Shown one piece after another: positions 41,600 to 51,133 of a stretch of DNA of 64,000 nt (position 1 is its first letter; each line of letters opens with the position of its first letter). A program made the position numbers and the translations under genes. The DNA is taken from the NCBI GenBank assembly GCA_963747235.1, contig CAVVEU010000033.1, positions 223,282-287,281 on the forward strand. Reading direction: 5' to 3'. The stretch comes from an uncultured Candidatus Rokubacteria bacterium (GTDB lineage Bacteria > Methylomirabilota > Methylomirabilia > Rokubacteriales > CSP1-6). The notes under the pieces are model-generated. The model saw only the letters and a program-made list of their open reading frames with translations. It was not told the DNA's origin and searched no databases.

Positions 41600-42472
41600 C
41601 TAGAGCAGCCCGGGCACGAACGCGTCGCGTCCCCGCACGTAGGTGGCCTGACGCTGGGCCGCGTTGCGGTTGATCAGCGGGCGCATGTACATGGGATGGG
41701 TCGCGCAGCGAACCTCGTGCTCGATCTCGGAGAGCTTCCCGCCGCTCTCCGGATCGGCGATGACCTGGAAGCGGTACTGATACGGATTGCTCTCCTCGGT
41801 CAGGAGCCCGTGCTCCACCAGCCAGGCGTGCGGGCCCGAGAAATCGGAGATGTAGACCGCGACGTGATGGCCGTCGTAGGGCGCGATGGCCGCGTCGGTC
41901 TCGCGGAACACCATCTCCTGCCGGTTGCCGACGCTGATGCGCGCGGCCATCCCGGCGTCGTCCTGGCTCACGGAGGCGGTCGCCTGGAGCGCGGTCTTGT
42001 AGAAGGACGCGATGCCCGCGGCGGCGCCGCGCGCCACCGGCACTTCCACGCGCGAGATGCCGAGCGTCATGTCGCCGTACTCGGGCGCGGGGCCCACGCA
42101 GCGGAACTGGTTGCCCCACGGGCACGTCACCGCCACGTGCTTGTCGCGCATCTCGAAGGCGAACCGGGTGCCCGCGAGCGGCTCCCGCACCGCGGCCAGC
42201 CGCCGCATCAGCGCGTCGAGATCCGGCACCACCATCTCCACGTGGCCCTGCAGCACGTTCGGGGCGCCGGTGGGCAGGTGGAACTGGGTCTGCCCCGCGT
42301 TCGCCCACATGTTCTCCACGCTCACCATCAGGTAGGGATCGCGCGTCAGCCCGAGCCCCGCGATGTAGAACAGCGTGGCCGCATGCTGGTCCGGCACCCG
42401 CACGTTCACGTGCTCCAGCAGCAAGATGTTGCCGAGATCCTGCTCCCGCCGATCGAACGTCATCCCCGCCAT
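41600..42472 (-). CDS. hypothetical two-domain protein (possible VOC/glyoxalase-like metalloenzyme)
   Basis: 290 aa from MAGMTFDRREQDLGNILLLEHVNVRVPDQ..; repeated H/E-containing beta-alpha modules; no confident family. Confidence 0.5.
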   Translation of the reverse strand: MAGMTFDRREQDLGNILLLEHVNVRVPDQHAATLFYIAGLGLTRDPYLMVSVENMWANAGQTQFHLPTGAPNVLQGHVEMVVPDLDALMRRLAAVREPLAGTRFAFEMRDKHVAVTCPWGNQFRCVGPAPEYGDMTLGISRVEVPVARGAAAGIASFYKTALQATASVSQDDAGMAARISVGNRQEMVFRETDAAIAPYDGHHVAVYISDFSGPHAWLVEHGLLTEESNPYQYRFQVIADPESGGKLSEIEHEVRCATHPMYMRPLINRNAAQRQATYVRGRDAFVPGLL

Positions 42473-42511
42473 GGCCCCGGCCCTCCCCGGCCTGGGGGCA
42501 AGCATACTATT

Positions 42512-42727
42512 TCAGCGGGCGACCCGCACCCCTGCATTCGGCGCCGCGACCACCGCGTCCGGCGCCAGCCAGTGCCCCAGCCGGATGAGGGCGGACCCGA
42601 CCGCGGGGCCCACTCCGCGCGGGCCGATCCGGGCGGACTCGACCAGGGCCGGCCCGCGCGCCGGCCGCGCGCAGATCGGCCAGACGCCCGCGGCGATCTT
42701 CTCGATGGCGTACGTGTTGAAATCCAT
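42512..42727 (-). CDS. small hypothetical ORF (71 aa)
   Basis: ATG-initiated ORF directly upstream of the preceding gene; could be spurious. Confidence 0.25.
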   Translation of the reverse strand: MDFNTYAIEKIAAGVWPICARPARGPALVESARIGPRGVGPAVGSALIRLGHWLAPDAVVAAPNAGVRVAR

Positions 42728-42749
42728 GATGGCTCTCCTCTTCTGGCTC

Positions 42750-43154
42750 TCAGGCCGCCCGGCTGAGCCGGCCGGCCCCGCGGGTGGCGTCCGCCACCCG
42801 GCTCTGCTGCCACGGACGGACCGCCTGCGGGATCAGGACCAGGCGCAGCCGCGGCGGATCCTGCCGGTCGAGCCGGCGGAAGACATCCTGGGTGAGCCGG
42901 GTGATGACGCCGACCATGCCCTCGCGATGGAGCGGCAGCCGCATCGAGACCGTCCACTCGCCGGTCAGGCTCCGGGTGACCTCGGGCGCCGCGGCGGCGC
43001 CCAGCTCGCGGTGGATGGCGTCGGTCAGCGCGATCTGACGCGCCACGCGCTCCTCGCGGCGCCGCTGGACGCGGCGACTCAGGTCGAGCAGGACCCACAC
43101 GGCCAGGAATGGAATCAGCGCGATCATGATCGTGGTCTCCGTCTCCAGGCTCAT
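42750..43154 (-). CDS. hypothetical membrane protein
   Basis: Start MSLETETTIMIALIPFLAVWVLL (TM) with RBS GGAGGAG; 134 aa. Confidence 0.5.
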   Translation of the reverse strand: MSLETETTIMIALIPFLAVWVLLDLSRRVQRRREERVARQIALTDAIHRELGAAAAPEVTRSLTGEWTVSMRLPLHREGMVGVITRLTQDVFRRLDRQDPPRLRLVLIPQAVRPWQQSRVADATRGAGRLSRAA

Positions 43155-43247
43155 CGTTCTCTCCTCCGGTGGTGGCTGCCGTTTCTTCACCCCGTGAGAC
43201 ACCGGGGGCGAGACGGTGTGAAACGGCGGAGGACGGCGCGGGACTGG

Positions 43248-44213
43248 CTAGGCCGGGAGCGGATGCAGATCGGGCCGGCAGCTGGTGCAGGGCGCGAAGC
43301 CGGCGGCCTCGGCGACTTCCCGCGTCCCGAACAGCGTGAGCGTGGACATCGACATCGACGGGAGCGAGCCGCAGGTCGGCACGCAGTACTCGCGATCCCC
43401 GGTGACCATGGTGTACATGGCCTCGCGGTCCACCTTGAAGTCGTTCCGCGCCTCGACCGTCTTCACGCCCTCGACCGCGAGCAGGCGCTGCTTGAGATCC
43501 ACGCGGCGGCCCGCGTAGCCGGTCAGCGCGCCCGAGCCGCCGATGACCCGGTGGCAGGGGATGACGATCGGCAGCGGGTTCCAGCGCAGCGCCTGCGCGA
43601 CCGGGCGCACCGCGGAGGGCGCGCCGATGCGCGCCGCGATGCCCGCGTAGGAGGTGACCGCGCCGTAGGGCAGCGCGGCCGTCGCCTCGAGCACGCGCCG
43701 CTGGAAATCGCTCCGCATCCGGCGCAGGTCGAGCGGCCAGTCGAGCCGCGCGCGCCGGCCCTCGAGATACTCCACCAGCTCCGCCCGCAGCCCCTCGGTC
43801 GCCGCGCGGTCCTCGACCGCGTCCTCGCCCAGGAGCCGCCGCACGTGCGCGGACAGCGGGCCGTCCGCGGGCAGGTACTGCACGAGCGCCACGCCCTGCT
43901 CGGAGCGGCCGATGAGGATGCGCCCCAGCGGCGACGCGAAGATCCCGAAGCCGACCATGCGCGAGCGCAGGTCCGAGAGACGCGAGGCGAGCTGCGCGCG
44001 CGCCAGCGTGGCGTCGTCGTCCGCGAGCGGCGCGCGCCGCAGCGTGCCCATCATGCCCTCCAGCGCGCGGTAGTGCGCGAGCTCGTCCCGGCAGAGCCGG
44101 CAACCGGCCACGTGCGCGTCGACGCGCCCGGCGGCGGCGGGTCCCGCCTCGCCCGCGGCGACGCTCAGGAGGTCCGGCTCGATGGCGCGGCAGAGGGGAT
44201 GCTGAGGGCTCAT
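43248..44213 (-). CDS. fusion protein: zf-HC2 anti-sigma N-domain + methylated-DNA--protein-cysteine methyltransferase (MGMT/Ogt) + Ada-type Zn-binding C-domain
   Basis: N-terminal ..AHVAGCRLCRDELAHYRALEG.. (anti-sigma H-x3-C-x2-C); central ..AVRPVAQALRWNPLPIVIPCHRVIGGSGALTGYAGR.. (PCHR active-site Cys); C-terminal ..YCVPTCGSLPSM..FGTREVAEAAGFAPCTSCRPD.. (Cys4 Ada_Zn_binding-like); ATG 44213 overlaps the ECF sigma stop (ATGA). Confidence 0.75.
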   Translation of the reverse strand: MSPQHPLCRAIEPDLLSVAAGEAGPAAAGRVDAHVAGCRLCRDELAHYRALEGMMGTLRRAPLADDDATLARAQLASRLSDLRSRMVGFGIFASPLGRILIGRSEQGVALVQYLPADGPLSAHVRRLLGEDAVEDRAATEGLRAELVEYLEGRRARLDWPLDLRRMRSDFQRRVLEATAALPYGAVTSYAGIAARIGAPSAVRPVAQALRWNPLPIVIPCHRVIGGSGALTGYAGRRVDLKQRLLAVEGVKTVEARNDFKVDREAMYTMVTGDREYCVPTCGSLPSMSMSTLTLFGTREVAEAAGFAPCTSCRPDLHPLPA

Positions 44214-44749
44214 GACCGGGACTCCATTCCGAGCGGGAGATGACCGTCGAGGCCCCGCCGCACCTTGCGGAGGGCCTGGAAGACGTGGGCGCGGGCACTC
44301 TCCTCCGAGCAGGAGAGGCTCGCTCCGATCTCCGCGTATTCGAGCTCGTGCATTTTCCTCATGATGAAGGCCAGTCGCTGCTTGCCGGGCAACCCGCCGA
44401 TCACCCGCTCCAACCGCTCGCGCGCCTCGTCGGCCAGCACCAGGCCGTCGGCCCGATCCGGCGCGTCCGGCCGCATTTCCATCGCCGCCGCCGCGTAGGC
44501 CCGGCGCCGGCGCCCCTGGGACCGGAAGTGATTGCGCCCGAGGTTCGTGGCGATCGTGAAGAGCCACGCGCGCACGTTCGAGCCCGGCGGCAGGGCGCGG
44601 TACGCCCGGAACGCGCGGAGAAAGGTCTCCTGCGAGAGATCGTCGGCGTCGCTACCCCGAGCCGTGATCCGCAGCAGGTACCGCCGGATCTCCGCGTGGT
44701 GGGCACCCACCACCGCCTCGAACGCGTCCTCTGCCATCACTCTAGCCAT
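44210..44749 (-). CDS. ECF-family RNA polymerase sigma-70 factor
   Basis: 179 aa; region 2 (..DADDLSQETFLRAFRAYRAL..NVRAWLFTIATNL..) and region 4 (..LAFIMRKMHELEYAEIGASLSCSEESARAHVFQALRKVR..). Confidence 0.9.
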   Translation of the reverse strand: MARVMAEDAFEAVVGAHHAEIRRYLLRITARGSDADDLSQETFLRAFRAYRALPPGSNVRAWLFTIATNLGRNHFRSQGRRRRAYAAAAMEMRPDAPDRADGLVLADEARERLERVIGGLPGKQRLAFIMRKMHELEYAEIGASLSCSEESARAHVFQALRKVRRGLDGHLPLGMESRS

Positions 44750-44796
44750 GAGACACCGCCGCCGGCCGGGTGTGAAACGGCCCCCCCCGGCGCGCG

Positions 44797-45787
44797 CTAA
44801 CCCCCTGTTCCGGCGCGCGTCTTGAGCGCAGCCGCCTGCTGCTCCCGGACGAAGCGGAGGGCGGTCACCGTGCTCACGGCCAGGCTCATGGCCACCGAGA
44901 CCAGGAGGGTGGCCACCAGGGTCAGGAGCACCGCACGCTGGTTCTCGAGGATCTGGCGCACCGAGGCCGCGAAGACCAGGTCCACCTTGAGCGTGGGCAT
45001 CACCGCCTGGGTGAGGAGCCACTCGTCGTCCTCGCCCAGGGTGACCAGGCCGTCGAATTGGCGCCGGCCCAGCCCCGCCACGAACGGGTGATTCTTCCAG
45101 TCTTCCTGGGTAAGCTGGCGGGTCTTCTGGTCCATGTAGATCGCCTGCTTGCCCGCGTCGATCATGATCAGCCAGCCTCCGGGGCCGACCTGCTCGATGG
45201 CCTCGATGGATCCCTGCAGCCGGATGCTCCCGATCAGGTAGGCGACGATCTGCTCGTCCAGCTTGATCGGCACCGCGGCGCCCACGATGAAATCGCGCGA
45301 GGCCCGGCCGAAGATGATGCCGGAGACGGCGGGCCCCTGCAGGCGAATGGCCTCCTGCAGCAGCGGCCGGTCCGCGTAGCGCAGCTCGAGATTGGACGGT
45401 GCCGTCCGGCCCGGTGAGCGGGCTGAACGCGAGCGGCCGGCCGTCGGGCGACACCACGAAGAGCGTCGGCATCTGCAGCATCGCCCGGATCGCGTCGATC
45501 TCGCGCTGCAGCGCGCGCGGCTCGTGCGAGGCCCAGCTCTGGGCGAAGTGGGCGGCGAGCGGGCCGAGGGCGGCGAGCTTGTCGCGCACCTGGGAGTCGG
45601 CCAGCCCCGCGAGCACGCGCACGATGTCCTGGCGCTGGGCGCGCGCGTCCCGGAGCGCCTGCGGCTTGAGCCGGAGCGTCCACGCGAGCCCCACCACCAG
45701 CAGGGCCACCACGGACACCACCGCCCACGTGGAGAGAAGGAAGAACAGGTGCGACCAGCGGAAACCCGTCATGGCGCCCCTCGTCAT
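44797..45787 (-). CDS. membrane protein with a periplasmic sensor-like domain flanked by two TM helices, apparent frameshift near 45290
   Basis: N-terminal TM (HLFFLLSTWAVVSVVALLVVGLAW), about 250-aa extracytoplasmic domain, second TM (AVLLTLVATLLVSVAMSLAV), short tail; no kinase or MCP output domain before the sigma gene. Confidence 0.5.
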
Positions 45788-45858
45788 GGCGACAGATGAT
45801 ACCGCGCTTGACAGGGCCAGCGCCCCACCGCATCATCGGCCGCGCAGCCCGGTGTTTC

Positions 45859-45894
45859 ACCCCTCACCCTGCCCTCTCCCCTGAGGGGAGAGGG
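45859..45894. repeat. dispersed palindromic repeat, copy C
   Basis: CCCTCACCCTGCCCTCTCCCCTGAGGGGAGAGGG in the promoter region of the alcohol dehydrogenase gene. Confidence 0.85.
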
Positions 45895-45912
45895 ATAAAG
45901 AAGGAGAATCCC

Positions 45913-47007
45913 GTGAAAGCCGCCGTCCTCTACAAGGCCAATACTCCGCTCGAAGTGGTCGATCTCGTCCAGGAGGGGCCGAAAGCCGGCGAGGCCCGCG
46001 TGAAGGTCAAGGCCGCGGGCATCTGCCACAGCGACTGGCACATCATGAACGGGGACTGGACGCCGCCCCTGCCGATGGTCCTGGGCCACGAGGCGGCGGG
46101 CATGGTCGAGGAGGTGGGCCCGGGCGTGACGAACGTCAAGCCGGGCGATCACATCATCTTCTCGTTCCGCCCGCAGTGCGGCCACTGCCTCTACTGCTCG
46201 ATGGGCCGCTCCATCCTCTGCGACGGGCACACCTCGCCGCGCTGGGGCATGCTCGACGGCACCTTCCGGCTCAAGCGCAACGGGCAGGACATCTTCCAGA
46301 TGGCGCGCATCGGGACGTTCTCCGAGCAGGTGGTGTGCCCGGCCGAGATGCTGGTGCCCATCCGCAAGGAGATGCCGTGGCCGCAGGCGGCGCTCATGGG
46401 CTGCTGCGTGCCCACCGGCGTCGGCGCGGTCACCCGCTGCGCGGAGGTGGAGGCGGGCGCCTCGGTGCTCGTCATCGGCTGCGGCGGCGTGGGGCTCAAC
46501 GTGGTGCAGGGCGCGAAGCTGGCCGGGGCCGGCATCATCGTGGCCGCCGACCTGCTCGACAGCAAGCTCGCCTACGCCAAGGACTTCGGCGCGACCCACA
46601 CCATCAACGCCAAGAGCGAGAACGTGGTGGACCGCGTGCGCGAGCTGACCCCGGGCGGCCGCGGAGTGGACTACGCCTTCGACGCCATCGGCGGCGAGGC
46701 CACCACGCTGCAGATCGTGGAGGCCATCCGGCCGGGCGGGACCGCGGTGATCGTGGGCATGGCCGCGCTCAACGTGCGCGCGCCGATCACGCCCTACAAC
46801 ATGGCGCTCCAGGAGAAGACGATCAAGGGCACGATGTACGGCTCGGTACGCCCGAACATCGACTTCCCGAAGCTGGTGGATCTCTACCTCGCCGGCCGCC
46901 TCAAGATCGACGAGCTGGTAAGCCGCACCTATAAGATCGAGGACATCAACGAGGGCTTCACCGCGCTGCGGACCGGCCAGGTCGCCCGCGGCGTGGTCGT
47001 CTTCTGA
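45913..47007 (+). CDS. Zn-dependent alcohol dehydrogenase (class III ADH / S-(hydroxymethyl)glutathione dehydrogenase-like)
   Basis: [30 protein letters not shown] Rossmann motif; GTG start with RBS AAGGAGA. Confidence 0.9.
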   Translation: MKAAVLYKANTPLEVVDLVQEGPKAGEARVKVKAAGICHSDWHIMNGDWTPPLPMVLGHEAAGMVEEVGPGVTNVKPGDHIIFSFRPQCGHCLYCSMGRSILCDGHTSPRWGMLDGTFRLKRNGQDIFQMARIGTFSEQVVCPAEMLVPIRKEMPWPQAALMGCCVPTGVGAVTRCAEVEAGASVLVIGCGGVGLNVVQGAKLAGAGIIVAADLLDSKLAYAKDFGATHTINAKSENVVDRVRELTPGGRGVDYAFDAIGGEATTLQIVEAIRPGGTAVIVGMAALNVRAPITPYNMALQEKTIKGTMYGSVRPNIDFPKLVDLYLAGRLKIDELVSRTYKIEDINEGFTALRTGQVARGVVVF

Positions 47008-47040
47008 GAACGGTCGCCCAGGCGGCGGCCCGACTGCTGC

Positions 47041-47925
47041 TTGCGGTCGCTGGGGCGGTGGCTCAACCGCCGCCCCGGCGGCCCCATCGCCCCGCCCGCG
47101 CCGCTCGAGACGGTGCTGGTGGGCGACGACTCCCCCGCCGCGCTCACCCGCCTCCTCTGCGGCCGCGACAACGCGGCGCGGGAGACGGCCCTGCCTCGCT
47201 ATCTCCAGTACCGCGGCATCGCGTTCTCGCGCCATCGCTTCACGCGCCCCGAGGGCCGGGGCGACACCTTCGCGGTCGACCTCGGCGAGGGCCCGCGCGT
47301 GCTGGTGCTGTGCGCGCATCACGACGCGGTCCCGGGCAGCCCCGGCGCCAACGACAACGCGGCCGCGGTCGGCATCCTGCTCCACCTGATCCCGCGTCTC
47401 CCGGCCCGGATCCCGCGCGGCTGGCGGGTGCGCCTGCTCTTCACCGCCGCCGAGGAGCTCGACTACCTGGGCGCGCGCGCCTACGTGGAGGACACGCCGC
47501 TCAGCGATGTCGCGGGCGTGCTGAGCCTCGAGCTGTGCGGCATCGGCGACACGGTGGCGCTCTGGGACGTCGAGGAGCCTACACCGTTCCTCGGTAGCGT
47601 GACGGGGGCGCTGGAGTCAGCCGGGATAGCCCGCTCTGCGGGCTACGTTGTGATCGGCCGCATCCCCGTCTTCGGCAGCGACCACCGGGCCTTCGCCGCC
47701 GCGGGCATCCCCGCCTACGGCTTCACCATGGTGCCGGCGGCCCACGCCGACGCGCTGCGCCGCTTCGTGCTGAGCCCGGTGCGCTCCAGCGTGCGGAGCC
47801 TCATCCGCCGCCCGCCCCCGTTTCACACCTACCACACGAGCGGCGACGCGCTCGAGACGCTCGAGCCCAACGCGCTCCACCGCGCCGCGGCCGCCCTCAC
47901 CGCGATCGTCGCGGAGCTCGACTAG
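47041..47925 (+). CDS. M28-family metallopeptidase
   Basis: ..CAHHDAVPGSPGANDNAAAVGILL.., ..FTAAEELDYLGA.., ..GSDHRAF.. metal-ligand motifs; TTG start in the same frame as the upstream ADH (start uncertain). Confidence 0.7.
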   Translation: MRSLGRWLNRRPGGPIAPPAPLETVLVGDDSPAALTRLLCGRDNAARETALPRYLQYRGIAFSRHRFTRPEGRGDTFAVDLGEGPRVLVLCAHHDAVPGSPGANDNAAAVGILLHLIPRLPARIPRGWRVRLLFTAAEELDYLGARAYVEDTPLSDVAGVLSLELCGIGDTVALWDVEEPTPFLGSVTGALESAGIARSAGYVVIGRIPVFGSDHRAFAAAGIPAYGFTMVPAAHADALRRFVLSPVRSSVRSLIRRPPPFHTYHTSGDALETLEPNALHRAAAALTAIVAELD

Positions 47926-47939
47926 GCATCCTCCGACGC

Positions 47940-49049
47940 TTAGGTGAGCGTCGCGAGCTTCTTCCGCTCGATCAGCGCGAAGTCGATCTGAGCGCCCAGG
48001 CCGGGCGCGGTGGGCGCCCGCACCATCCCGTGCGAGTCCACCTCGATGTCGGCGACGAGCCCGTACTTCTGCGCTTCCGCGGGCAGCAGCACCTCGAAGA
48101 ACTCGCAGTTGCGGATCGCCATCGCCACGTGGAGGTTGGCCACGTTGTTGAGCGAGTTACCGCCGTGGTGGATCTCGAAGTTCATGTGGAAGCCCTCGGC
48201 GAGGTGCGCGGTCTTCACGAGCGCCGAGATGCCGCCCTTCACCGCCACGTCTCCCCGCAGATAGTCGGTCGCCCGCGCCACGAGCCACGGCGCGTAGGCG
48301 GTGAAGCCGCCCGGCACGTACTCGGTGGCGAGGATCGGGATCGAGAGGTGCTGCTTGAGCTTGACGTAGTTGTAGAGGTCGTCGTCGGCCAGCGGGTCCT
48401 CGTACCAGTAGTAGCCGAGCCGCTCGACCGCGCGGCCCACCCGGATCGCGGCCGGGTAGTCGTAGGCCCACGTGGAGTCGAGCATCAGCGTGAAGGCGTC
48501 GCCCACCATCCCGCGCACCGCCTCGCAGATCTCGATGTCGAGCTTGGGTTCGGTCGGCGGGTGGATCTTGTAGGCGGTCCAGCCCTCGCCCTTGAACCGC
48601 GCCGCCTCCTCGGCGTAGGCCTGCTTGGACGGCAGCACCGCGGAGCTCGCGTAGGCGGGCAGCCGCTCCCGGTAGGAGCCGAGCAACCGGTGGATGGGCA
48701 GCCCGGTCACCTTGCCCGCGAGGTCCCACAGCGCCACGTCCACCGCCCCGATCGCGCGCCACGTGGTCTGGCGGCTGCGCGAGAGCAGGGCCTGGTAGAG
48801 CCGCTCCCGGTCCAGCGGGTCCTGGTCCATCACGAGCGGCTTGAGCGCGCTCATCAGCGACTCGGCGTCGTAGTTGGCGCCGCGGCTCGCCGAGCCCAGG
48901 AAGGCGTGGCCCTCCGCGCCCTCATCGGTGCGGAGCGTGAGCAGGCCGAGCTGGCTCTGGCCGCCGAACTTGCCGGTGTGCCGTCCGTAGGTGGTGGCGG
49001 GAATGTTGTCCCAGGCGAACAGCGTGAGCGTGACGTCGGTGATCTTCAC
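47940..49049 (-). CDS. mandelate racemase/muconate lactonizing enzyme family (enolase superfamily) dehydratase
   Basis: 369 aa; ..YKIHPPTEPKLDIEICEAVRGMVGD..LMLDSTWAYD..YWYEDP.. conserved Mg ligands (D/E/D). Confidence 0.85.
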   Translation of the reverse strand: MKITDVTLTLFAWDNIPATTYGRHTGKFGGQSQLGLLTLRTDEGAEGHAFLGSASRGANYDAESLMSALKPLVMDQDPLDRERLYQALLSRSRQTTWRAIGAVDVALWDLAGKVTGLPIHRLLGSYRERLPAYASSAVLPSKQAYAEEAARFKGEGWTAYKIHPPTEPKLDIEICEAVRGMVGDAFTLMLDSTWAYDYPAAIRVGRAVERLGYYWYEDPLADDDLYNYVKLKQHLSIPILATEYVPGGFTAYAPWLVARATDYLRGDVAVKGGISALVKTAHLAEGFHMNFEIHHGGNSLNNVANLHVAMAIRNCEFFEVLLPAEAQKYGLVADIEVDSHGMVRAPTAPGLGAQIDFALIERKKLATLT

Positions 49050-49080
49050 GAGGCTCCTCCCCTTCTGCTAGATTCTGGCG

Positions 49081-49395
49081 GTGGCTGCTCCACCTGTTCC
49101 GCGCGACGGCGTCGTCCGGCTCTTCCGCGACCGCGGAGGACGCAACGGCAAGACCGTGACCGTGATCCACGGATTACCCGAGCGCGGCCCCGCGCTCGAC
49201 GCGCGCCTCTCCGAGATGAAGCGGCTCTGCGGCGCCGGCGGCACCCTGAAGGACGGCGTCGTGGAGATCCAGGGCGACCACCGGGAGCGCCTCGCCACGC
49301 GGCTGCGCGCGCTCGGCTACACCGTGAAGCTGGCCGGCGGCTCCACCGCTACTCCACCTCCTTCAGGCGGAGGACTTCCGGGCGGCCCTCCATGA
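49081..49395 (+). CDS. translation initiation factor SUI1/YciH-like protein
   Basis: ..GVVRLFRDRGGRNGKTVTVIHGLPE..LKRLCGAGGTLKDGVVEIQGDHRERLATRLRALGYTVKLAGG..; GTG start; the N-terminus may be truncated by a frameshift (an upstream frame encodes a GGGCSTCS knuckle). Confidence 0.6.
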   Translation: MAAPPVPRDGVVRLFRDRGGRNGKTVTVIHGLPERGPALDARLSEMKRLCGAGGTLKDGVVEIQGDHRERLATRLRALGYTVKLAGGSTATPPPSGGGLPGGPP

Positions 49396-49636
49396 ACTCG
49401 CCCATCTTCCGGCCCAGCGCCTTGAAGTAGTCGGCGGCGCGGTGCGCTTCCACCGCCGCCTGGTCCGCGTAGCGCTCCATGAACACGTAGGTCTGCGGCG
49501 CCTCACCGTGATGGAGCGCGTAGAGCCGGCAGCCCGGCTCGTTGGCATTGACCTTGGCCACCAATTCCTTGGCGACGGCCTCGAACTGCGACTCCATTCC
49601 CGGCTTCACCTTGATCGTCGCGACGACACCGAGCAT
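49349..49636 (-). CDS. antibiotic biosynthesis monooxygenase (ABM) domain protein
   Basis: 95 aa MLGVVATIKVKPGMESQFEAVAKELVAKVNANEPGCRLYALHHGE..YVFMERYADQAAVEAHRAADYFK.. Confidence 0.75.
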   Translation of the reverse strand: MLGVVATIKVKPGMESQFEAVAKELVAKVNANEPGCRLYALHHGEAPQTYVFMERYADQAAVEAHRAADYFKALGRKMGEFMEGRPEVLRLKEVE

Positions 49637-49825
49637 CGGCAGCCTCCGGGCGGCGTGTCCGGATGGACACCCGCTGTTGATGAGATGACAACCTCCGGCC
49701 ATCATGCGCCGAATTTTGTTGGTATTCGGGCCCCCATGGCCCCCGGCAACTGCGGCCGATATGAGCTATTTCAGCAGGTTAGAGGCAGTGTCACCTGTGG
49801 AACGCGTCTTGCTCACCAGGCTTGC

Positions 49826-50227
49826 ATGAGAAATCGAGATCGCGTACACGGCCCCCGGGAGAGCGCAGCCAGGCAGCACGTCACCGATCCCCACCCTCCT
49901 GAGGTCCGCCGGAAGCGCGGCCGACCGAAGGGTAGCACCGGCATCAGCCGGCGCCATCCGGACTCGGTGCTGGCCGCCGAGATCGCCAAGTCGCCGCTCG
50001 CGACCGTCTACGCGAGCCATGACGGCGAGCTCTACCACGCGATCTGCAAGCAGCCGCTCGAGTTCCAGGGCCGCCGCGCCCAGCTCGAGCTCGATTTCTA
50101 CTGCCTGCGCTGCATGGAGCACGTCGCGCTCCCTCAGTTCGCGCTGAGCCGCATCCGCTTCGACCTCCCCCGGCCGACCGATGTCGACCTTCCGGAGTGG
50201 GCCACGAGCATCGTCGCCTACCAGTAA
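49826..50227 (+). CDS. hypothetical protein with an AT-hook-like RKRGRPKG motif and a Cys/His cluster
   Basis: 133 aa ORF following a locally lower-GC intergenic region; no family recognised. Confidence 0.35.
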   Translation: MRNRDRVHGPRESAARQHVTDPHPPEVRRKRGRPKGSTGISRRHPDSVLAAEIAKSPLATVYASHDGELYHAICKQPLEFQGRRAQLELDFYCLRCMEHVALPQFALSRIRFDLPRPTDVDLPEWATSIVAYQ

Positions 50228-50340
50228 GCTCGTTCGCCTCTCTCCCGACTTTCGCTCAGGGCCCGGTCCAGCCGGGCCCTTTCCCGTCCCGTCCTCGCCA
50301 TGGGATCATAGCCGCCACGGAGGCGGCGTTGAAGATCGAA

Positions 50341-51133
50341 ATGGTCGAGGATCCCACCGACCCGCGCATCGCGGGATTTCGCGACGCGCGTGACGGTGAA
50401 TTGCGGCGCCGCGAGGGCCTGTTCCTCGCCGAGGGCCGCCTCCTGGTTCGCCGCCTGCTCGCGACCCGCCGGTTCCCCGTCCAGTCCCTCCTGCTGACGC
50501 CGCCCGCGCTCGACGATCTCCGCGACCTGCTCGCCCGCGACGACTCGACGCCCGCCTACGTGGCCTCGGCCGAGACGATCCGCGCCATCGTCGGCTTCAA
50601 GTTCCACCGCGGCTGCCTGGCCCTGGGCGTGCGCGGCGAGCCCGTCGCGCCCGAGGCGCTCATGGACCCGGTGGGCCCGCGCACGCTGCTGGCGCTCGAG
50701 GGCGTGACCGATCCCGACAATGTCGGCGCGATCTTCCGGAACGCGGCGGCCTTCGGAGTGGCCGGGGTGCTGCTGTCGAGCCACTGCGCCGATCCGCTCT
50801 ACCGCAAGGCGATCCGCGTCTCCATGGGCGCCACGCTCGCGCTGCCGTTCGCGCAGGTGCCGGACTGGGCGGCCACGCTCGCGGCCCTGCGCCAGCGCCG
50901 GATACCGGCTGGTGGCACTCTGCCCCGGGGCGGAAGCGGAGGACATCGTCGAGGTGGCGGGCCGCGCGCCGCGCCGGCCGAGGCTCGCGCTCCTGCTGGG
51001 CGCCGAGGGCGCGGGGCTCAGCGATGCGACGCGGGCCGCCGCCGACGTCGAGGTGCGCATCCCGATGGCCGCCGGAGTGGATTCGCTCAACGTCGCGGCC
51101 GCCTGCGGCATCGCGCTCCATCGCTTCGCATGA
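50341..51133 (+). CDS. SpoU/TrmH-family RNA 2'-O-methyltransferase, apparent frameshift near 50900
   Basis: ..LLALEGVTDPDNVGAIFRNAAAFGVAGVLLS.. and, after the shift, ..LLLGAEGAGLSDATRAAADVEVRIPMAAGVDSLNVAAACGIALHRF.. (SPOUT knot motifs). Confidence 0.8.

Noticed and set aside
47005-47041. Possible ADH-M28 peptidase fusion, because the two genes are in the same frame
   Set aside because: An in-frame TGA at 47005-47007 separates them, and the ADH C-terminus (..ARGVVVF*) is complete for the family. Treated as two genes.
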